Both the position numbers and the translations under genes were made by a program. From an uncultured Actinomycetes bacterium (GTDB taxonomy: Bacteria; Actinomycetota; Thermoleophilia; Gaiellales; JAICJC01): DNA of 64,000 nt. Positions 58,798 to 64,000 of this stretch are shown piece by piece; the stretch's first letter is position 1, and each line of letters opens with the position of its first letter. Below the pieces are notes generated by a model. The model searched no databases. It saw only the letters and a program-made list of their open reading frames with translations, and was not told the origin of the DNA. The DNA lies in NCBI GenBank assembly GCA_963744065.1, contig CAVUSN010000001.1:49253-113252 (forward strand), given 5' to 3'.

Positions 58798-59207
58798 GTG
58801 ATGCCGCTCGCGTCCTCGCCCCAGTCGGGCGGCTGGTCGCCCTCCAACTCGGCCAGCGCCACCTTGAGCACACCCACCGAGAGCAGGGCGCACTTGAGCC
58901 GCAGCGGCATCAGCGGGATGCCCAGCTCATCCAGCACGTCCTCCTTGCCCAGCCTCTGCACCTCGGACACCGGCTTTCCCTTGACCGCCTCCGAGATCAT
59001 CGACGCGGCAGCCTGGCTGATCGCGCAGCCCTGGCCGTTGTAGCGCACGTCCTTGACCACGCCGTCCTCGACCAGCAGCTCGACCGAGAGCTCGTCGCCG
59101 CACAGTGGGTTGACCCCCTCGGCCGACACCGTGGGGTGCTCGAGGTGCCCGCTGTTGCGAGGGTGGTTGTAGTGGTCGAGGATGTTCTCGCGGTAGAGGT
59201 CGTCCAT
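58782..59207 (-). CDS. sufU: SufU/IscU-type Fe-S assembly protein
   Basis: LYRENILDHY.HPRN, NPLCGD, GCAISQA and RLKCALL. Confidence 0.92.
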   Translation of the reverse strand: MDDLYRENILDHYNHPRNSGHLEHPTVSAEGVNPLCGDELSVELLVEDGVVKDVRYNGQGCAISQAAASMISEAVKGKPVSEVQRLGKEDVLDELGIPLMPLRLKCALLSVGVLKVALAELEGDQPPDWGEDASGITWTSG

Positions 59208-59248
59208 CCTGCAAGGAAGTCTATCTGGCGTCTTCAGACGCCTCGGGG

Positions 59249-60496
59249 TCACACCTTGAACGTGCGCTGCACCTTGGTCAGACCTGTGGCCAGGGCGTCC
59301 AGGTCGTCCACCGTGTTGTAGAGGTAGACCGAGGCCCTGGCGGTCGCGACCAGCCCGAAGTGGCGCATGGCCGGCTGCGTGCAGTGGTGGCCGGCCCGCA
59401 CGCACACCCCGTCGGTGTCCAGCACCTGGGCCACGTCGTGGGCGTGCACACCGTCGACGGTGAAGGACAGCACCCCGGCCCGGCCCGGCGGCGGCGGCCC
59501 GTACACGGTCACCCCGCGCAGGTCGCTCAGCAGCCCGTACCCGTACTCCGTGAGGGCCTGCTCGTGGGCGTGGATCTGCTCCAGCCCGATGCCGTTGAGA
59601 TAGTCGATGGCGGTGCCGAACGCCGTCACCTCGGCCACCGGCGGCACGCCAGCCTCGAACTTGTAGGGCAGCTCGTTCCAGGTGGTGCGGTCGAGCCCCA
59701 CCGAGGCGATCTGGCCGCCGCCGGTCAGGAACGGGTCCATGTCGTGCAGCAGGGCCTCCCGGCCCCACAGCGCGCCGACCCCGGGGCCGCACATCTTGTG
59801 GCCGGAGATGGCGTAGAAGTCGCAGCCCAGCGCGGCCACGTCGACGGGCCGGTGAGGCGCCGCCTGAGCGCCGTCCACCACCATCACCGCGCCCCGCTCG
59901 TGCGCCCACCGAGACAGCGCCGGGATGTCGTTGATCGCGCCCAGCGAGTTGGACACATGCCCGGCCGCCACCAGCTTGACGTTCTCGACCGCGTCCAGCG
60001 CGGCCAGCGACTCGGGATCCAGCTCGCCGTTCTCGCCCAGGCGCAGGTAGTGCATGGTCGCGCCGGTGCGCTGGGCCAAGAGCTGCCACGGCACCAGGTT
60101 GGAGTGGTGCTCCATCTCGGTGGAGACGATGGCGTCGCCGGGGCCGATGAACTTGAGCCCGTAGCCGTAGGCGACCAGGTTCAGGCCCTCGGTCGAGTTG
60201 CGGACGAAGATCACCTCGGTGCGGGAGCTCGCTCCCAGCAGCGCTGCGACCTTGTCGCGAGTGGCCTCATAGCGCTGGGTGGCAACCTCGCCCAGCGAGT
60301 ACACGGCCCGGTGCACCGCCGCATAGGACGTCTCGTAGACGTCGACCAGGGTGTCGATCACTGCCCGCGGCTTCTGCGCGGACGCGGCCGAGTCCAGGTA
60401 GTGCAGCGGCCCGCCGCCCGGCGGATTGGCCAGGATCGGAAAGTCCAGCTTCAGCCGCTCGGCGTCCAGCGGCGTCTTGGCAGGCGCGACAGCCAT
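59249..60496 (-). CDS. sufS: cysteine desulfurase
   Basis: YLDSAASAQKP, MEHHSN, DGAQ, SGHKM and RAGHHC. Confidence 0.95.
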   Translation of the reverse strand: MAVAPAKTPLDAERLKLDFPILANPPGGGPLHYLDSAASAQKPRAVIDTLVDVYETSYAAVHRAVYSLGEVATQRYEATRDKVAALLGASSRTEVIFVRNSTEGLNLVAYGYGLKFIGPGDAIVSTEMEHHSNLVPWQLLAQRTGATMHYLRLGENGELDPESLAALDAVENVKLVAAGHVSNSLGAINDIPALSRWAHERGAVMVVDGAQAAPHRPVDVAALGCDFYAISGHKMCGPGVGALWGREALLHDMDPFLTGGGQIASVGLDRTTWNELPYKFEAGVPPVAEVTAFGTAIDYLNGIGLEQIHAHEQALTEYGYGLLSDLRGVTVYGPPPPGRAGVLSFTVDGVHAHDVAQVLDTDGVCVRAGHHCTQPAMRHFGLVATARASVYLYNTVDDLDALATGLTKVQRTFKV

Positions 60497-60619
60497 ACCC
60501 GCAGTCTAGATGCGGGGGTGCCGCACCTTCCACGACCACCGCCCCCGCCGGCGGCCAGTAGCGCATACGCTTGCGCACGTCGCCCGGCACATCGCCGGGC
60601 ATGAACCAGGAGATCCCTT

Positions 60620-60883
60620 ATGCCGACCGTAATGGCCCATCACAACGTCAAAGACACCGAACACTGGCTTGCCTCCCCCAAGCGCGAGCAGATCTTCACC
60701 CCGCTTGGAGTCACCAACATCCGCACGTTCGTCGACCCGCAGAACCGGACCCACGTTGGGGTGCTGATGGACGTCGCCGACATGGACGCCATCATGGCCT
60801 TCATGCAGACGCCGGCCGCAGCCGAGGCGATGGACCATGACGGGGTCCTGCCAGAGTCCCTGGTGTTCCTGGTCGAGGGGTAG
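60620..60883 (+). CDS. small dimeric alpha/beta-barrel-like hypothetical protein
   Basis: 87 aa with H.VKD..W, DP.N and AM..DGV. AGGAG RBS. Confidence 0.75.
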   Translation: MPTVMAHHNVKDTEHWLASPKREQIFTPLGVTNIRTFVDPQNRTHVGVLMDVADMDAIMAFMQTPAAAEAMDHDGVLPESLVFLVEG

Positions 60884-60910
60884 CCGGCAGACCTCGCGGC
60901 CACCGGCGGC

Positions 60911-61144
60911 TCAGCTGATCGGGAGCCGCAGCATGACCTCATCGCCCCACAGCTCGCCGGTCCGCTCGAACCCGTAAACGCTCGTAGAAGGGAATCGGGC
61001 TGCCCTCGCCCTGTCCCGCGCTGGTCCAGATCACCTCGACCCTGGGCCGGCCCCGGTGCTGACATACCGTCGCTGAGCCGCCCACACGCCGAGGGCCTCC
61101 AGCGCGTCGCGGTTCGACTCGCTGATCGGTCGGAGTGAAAGCAC
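60911..61144 (-). pseudogene. internally deleted GNAT (diamine acetyltransferase-like) remnant
   Basis: VLSLRPISESNRDALEALGVWAAQRRYVS is joined directly to VEVIWTSAGQGEGSPIPFYER.GFERTGELWGDEVMLRLPIS. The acetyl-CoA motif A region is missing. Confidence 0.65.
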
Positions 61145-61156
61145 CGACGCCCCGCG

Positions 61157-62305
61157 CTAGCTGGGCAGGCGCGACTCGATGGCCGCAGATACGCGCTCGC
61201 GCACCGGCTCGGAGCCGATCCGCTCGAGCACGTTCTCGAAGAAGCCGCGCACGATCAGCCGCTGCGCCTCGGCCCGGGTGAGGCCGCGCGCCATCAGGTA
61301 GAAGAGCTGGCTTTGGTCGACCTGGCCCACGGTGGCGCCGTGCGTGCAGCGCACGTCGTTGGCCTGGATCTCCAGGCCCGGGATGGGCGTGGCCTGGGCG
61401 TCGGGCGACAAGAGCAGGTTGCGGTTCTCCTGGTAGGCGTCGGTCTTCTGGGCGCCCGGATCGACCCGGATCACGCCCCGCCAGACGGCCCGCGCGCGGT
61501 CGTCCAAGACGCCCTTGAAGGCCAGATCGGAGGTGGTGTTGGGAGCCGCGTGCTCCTGGGTGGTGTCGAAGTCGACGTGCTCGCGGCCGGTCAGGTAGTA
61601 GGCGCCGGTGACCTTGACCGATGCCCCCTGGCCTCCCAGATAACTCTCCATGCGCGACTTGGCACGGTCGCCGCCGACCGCCGCCGCCACCCAGTCCAGG
61701 TGCGCGTCGCGCCCGACCGTGGCTCGATGGGTCGCGAACTGGCGGGTGCCGGGGTCATGCTCCTGCACCGTCACATACTCCAGCCGCGCCTCGTCGCCGA
61801 CGATCAACTCCACCACCAGGTTCAAGTAGGCCGGGGCGGCTGACCGGAACTCCTCGAGAAAGACCGCCGAGGCGCCTCGCTCGAGCACGATCAGCACACG
61901 GTGGAAGGCCGCCGTGCCCTCGCCCGCCAGGTCGACCATGGCGCTCAACGGCTCGGTCACCGACACCCCCGCCGGCACGTGCAGCAGCACACCGTCCTGC
62001 CAGCGGGCCGCGTTGGCGGCCGCAAACTTCTCGCTGTCGGAAACCACCGAACCCAGGTACCGCTCGAGCATGTCCGACCGTTCGCCGACCGCCTCGCTCA
62101 GGCGCTGGAAACTCACGCCCTCGGGCGTCTCGCCGGACAACTCCACGGCCGCCGGCTGTGGCGTGTACACCTCGGGGTCGAAGCCGCGCAGGTTGGTGAA
62201 CCGCCACGCCTCCTCGCGGTTGGTGGGCACCGGCAGCGACTCGTACACCGCCAGCGCAGCCGACCGCTTGCCCGCCAGCCAGGCGGGCTCAGCCAGGGTC
62301 GTCAT
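61157..62305 (-). CDS. sufD: Fe-S cluster assembly protein SufD
   Basis: [37 protein letters not shown] and LFYLMARG. Confidence 0.94.
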   Translation of the reverse strand: MTTLAEPAWLAGKRSAALAVYESLPVPTNREEAWRFTNLRGFDPEVYTPQPAAVELSGETPEGVSFQRLSEAVGERSDMLERYLGSVVSDSEKFAAANAARWQDGVLLHVPAGVSVTEPLSAMVDLAGEGTAAFHRVLIVLERGASAVFLEEFRSAAPAYLNLVVELIVGDEARLEYVTVQEHDPGTRQFATHRATVGRDAHLDWVAAAVGGDRAKSRMESYLGGQGASVKVTGAYYLTGREHVDFDTTQEHAAPNTTSDLAFKGVLDDRARAVWRGVIRVDPGAQKTDAYQENRNLLLSPDAQATPIPGLEIQANDVRCTHGATVGQVDQSQLFYLMARGLTRAEAQRLIVRGFFENVLERIGSEPVRERVSAAIESRLPS

Positions 62306-62308
62306 TAC

Positions 62309-62406
62309 CCGACAGAACCTTCCATCTCGGCGCGGGGGAGGCAGGCCTCCCCGCGGGCCCCCTCCTCCTTGGCGGGAGGCCCGTCATCCGACAGAACCTT
62401 CCATCT
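62309..62406. repeat. 19-bp direct repeat of sufB 3' end flanking a 60-bp hairpin insert
   Basis: CCGACAGAACCTTCCATCT occurs at 62309-62327 and 62388-62406. Confidence 0.9.
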
Positions 62407-63805
62407 GCAGCTGGATCAGCCGGTTCAGCTCGACCGCGTACTCCAGCGGCAGCTCCTTGGTGATCGGCTCGATGAAGCCCGACACGATCATCGCCGACGC
62501 CTCCTCCTCCGACAGCCCGCGGCTCATCAGGTAGAACAGCTGCTCGTCGCCGATCTTCGAGACCGTCGCCTCGTGGCCGATGTCGACGTCGTTCTCGTCG
62601 ATGTCGATGTAGGGGTAGGTATCGGTGCGGCTCTCGTCGTCGATGATGAGCGCGTCGCAGACCACCTTGGAGCGCGAGCTGACCGCGCCGTCGTTCACCT
62701 GCAGCAGGCCGCGGTAGGAGCTGCGGCCGCCGTCCTTGGAGATCGACTTGGAGGTGATCATCGACGACGTGTTGGGAGCGATGTGCGTGATCTTGCCGCC
62801 CGCGTCCTGGTGCTGGCCCTTGCCGGCGAAGGCGATCGACAGCACCTCGCCGTGCGCGCCCTCGCCCTTCAGGATCACGGCCGGGTACTTCATGGTGATC
62901 TGCGAGCCGAGGTTGCCGTCGACCCACTCCATGGTGGCGTTGCGCTCGGCAACCGCCCGCTTGGTGACCAGGTTGTAGACGTTGGTCGACCAGTTCTGGA
63001 TGGTCGTGTAGCGGCAGCGGCCGCCCTCGGCGACGTGGATCTCGACGACGGCCGAGTGCAGCGAGTCGGTCGAGTAGATCGGCGCGGTGCAGCCCTCGAC
63101 GTAGTGCACGTAGGCGTCCTTGTCGACGATGATCAGCGTGCGCTCGAACTGGCCCATGTTCTCGGCGTTGATCCGGAAGTAGGCCTGCAGCGGCAGCTCC
63201 ACCTTCACGCCCGGCGGCACGTAGATGAACGAGCCGCCCGACCACACGGCCGAGTTCAGCGCGGCGAACTTGTTGTCGTTGTAGGGGATGATGGTGCCGA
63301 AGTACTGCCGCACCAGCTCCTCGTGCTCGCGCAGGCCGGAGTCCATGTCCAGGAAGATCACGCCCTGCTTGGCCAGATCCTCCTGCAGGTTGTGGTAGAC
63401 GACCTCGGACTCGTACTGGGCGCCGACGCCGGCCAGGTACTTCTTCTCGGCCTCGGGGATGCCCAGCTTGTCCCACGTCTCGCGCATGCCGGCGGGCAGG
63501 TCGTCCCAGGACTTCGGCCTGCTCATCGACCGGCTTCAGGTAGTAGTAGATGTTGTCGAAGTCGATCGTGCTGAGGTCGGCGCCCCACTGCGGCATCGGC
63601 CGCGACAGGAAGTGCTTGTGGCTCTTCAGCCGGAAGTCGAGCATCCACTCCGGCTCCGACTTGTGCGCCGAGATCTCGCGCACGACGTCCTCGTCCAGGC
63701 CGCGCCGGTGGGGAAGACCGAGGTCACCTCGTCGTGGAATCCGTACTTGTAGTCGCCGATGGCGATCGCTTCGCGTCTCGTCGCGGTGAGTTCGGTGTCA
63801 GCCAT
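62384..63805 (-). CDS. sufB: Fe-S cluster assembly protein SufB, 5' frameshifts
   Basis: [33 protein letters not shown] and [15 protein letters not shown]. Confidence 0.96.
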
Positions 63806-64000
63806 CAGACCGCCTCCTCCTCAACGCCATATGGCGCGTAGCCGTCGCGTTCCAGCTCGTCGGCCAGCTCCGGGCCGCCCGCGCGACGATCGCGCCCGCC
63901 CACCAGCACGTGGATGTGGTCGGGCTTGATGTACTTCAAAGCAGCCGCGAATAGTGGGTGATCACGAGCGCGCCCATCTCCGGGCCGACCAGGCTGTTGA
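63805..64000 (-). CDS. sufC: SufC ATPase, C-terminal part
   Basis: MGALVITHY..YIKPDHIHVL..G..GGPELADELE..GY. Confidence 0.88.
   Translation of the reverse strand, partial: QQPGRPGDGRARDHPLFAAALKYIKPDHIHVLVGGRDRRAGGPELADELERDGYAPYGVEEEAV

Noticed and set aside
58782-60089. 435-aa extended SufU
   Set aside because: Off-frame read-through of sufS. The real start is MDDLY at 59207.

Overview
This is a high-GC actinobacterial chromosome segment. Gene content and order suggest a deep-branching lineage such as Thermoleophilia (Gaiellales/Solirubrobacterales-like), which is an inference. Long tracts (about 4.7-7.0 kb, 30.3-53 kb and >63.5 kb) carry dense single-base indels that also break essential genes, so they are read as consensus errors rather than pseudogenes. 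Metabolic genes include a polyamine/amine set (PuuA-like GS, PuuD-like hydrolase, class III aminotransferases, spermidine-synthase-like, OCD-like), an HpaB-Rid-DUF1028 operon, betA, xfp-ackA, gabT and dcd. The window also holds tRNA-Arg(CCT), a STAND adenylate cyclase, rnd, NfeD/SPFH, two convergent A2-type cytochrome c oxidase clusters, an ABC-F ATPase, glnA with a GAF histidine kinase and REC-ANTAR regulator, a GAF/HD-GYP protein, pit, the fhaA-fhaB-pstP-rodA-pbpA-pknB-ddl cluster and a suf cluster. Five observations stand out. (1) The glnA leader has an ANTAR-type dual hairpin overlapping an intrinsic terminator, with the matching two-component system directly downstream. (2) An unannotated ~185-nt rod-like ncRNA candidate has its own promoter and terminator and an extended complement to the 16S 3' end. 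(3) A 174-bp MITE is inserted in a palindromic repeat whose empty allele is also in the window, and a MITE remnant replaces the core of a GATase gene. (4) One CoxI is fused to a USP-like domain. (5) The sufB 3' end is duplicated, leaving a minigene coupled to sufD.
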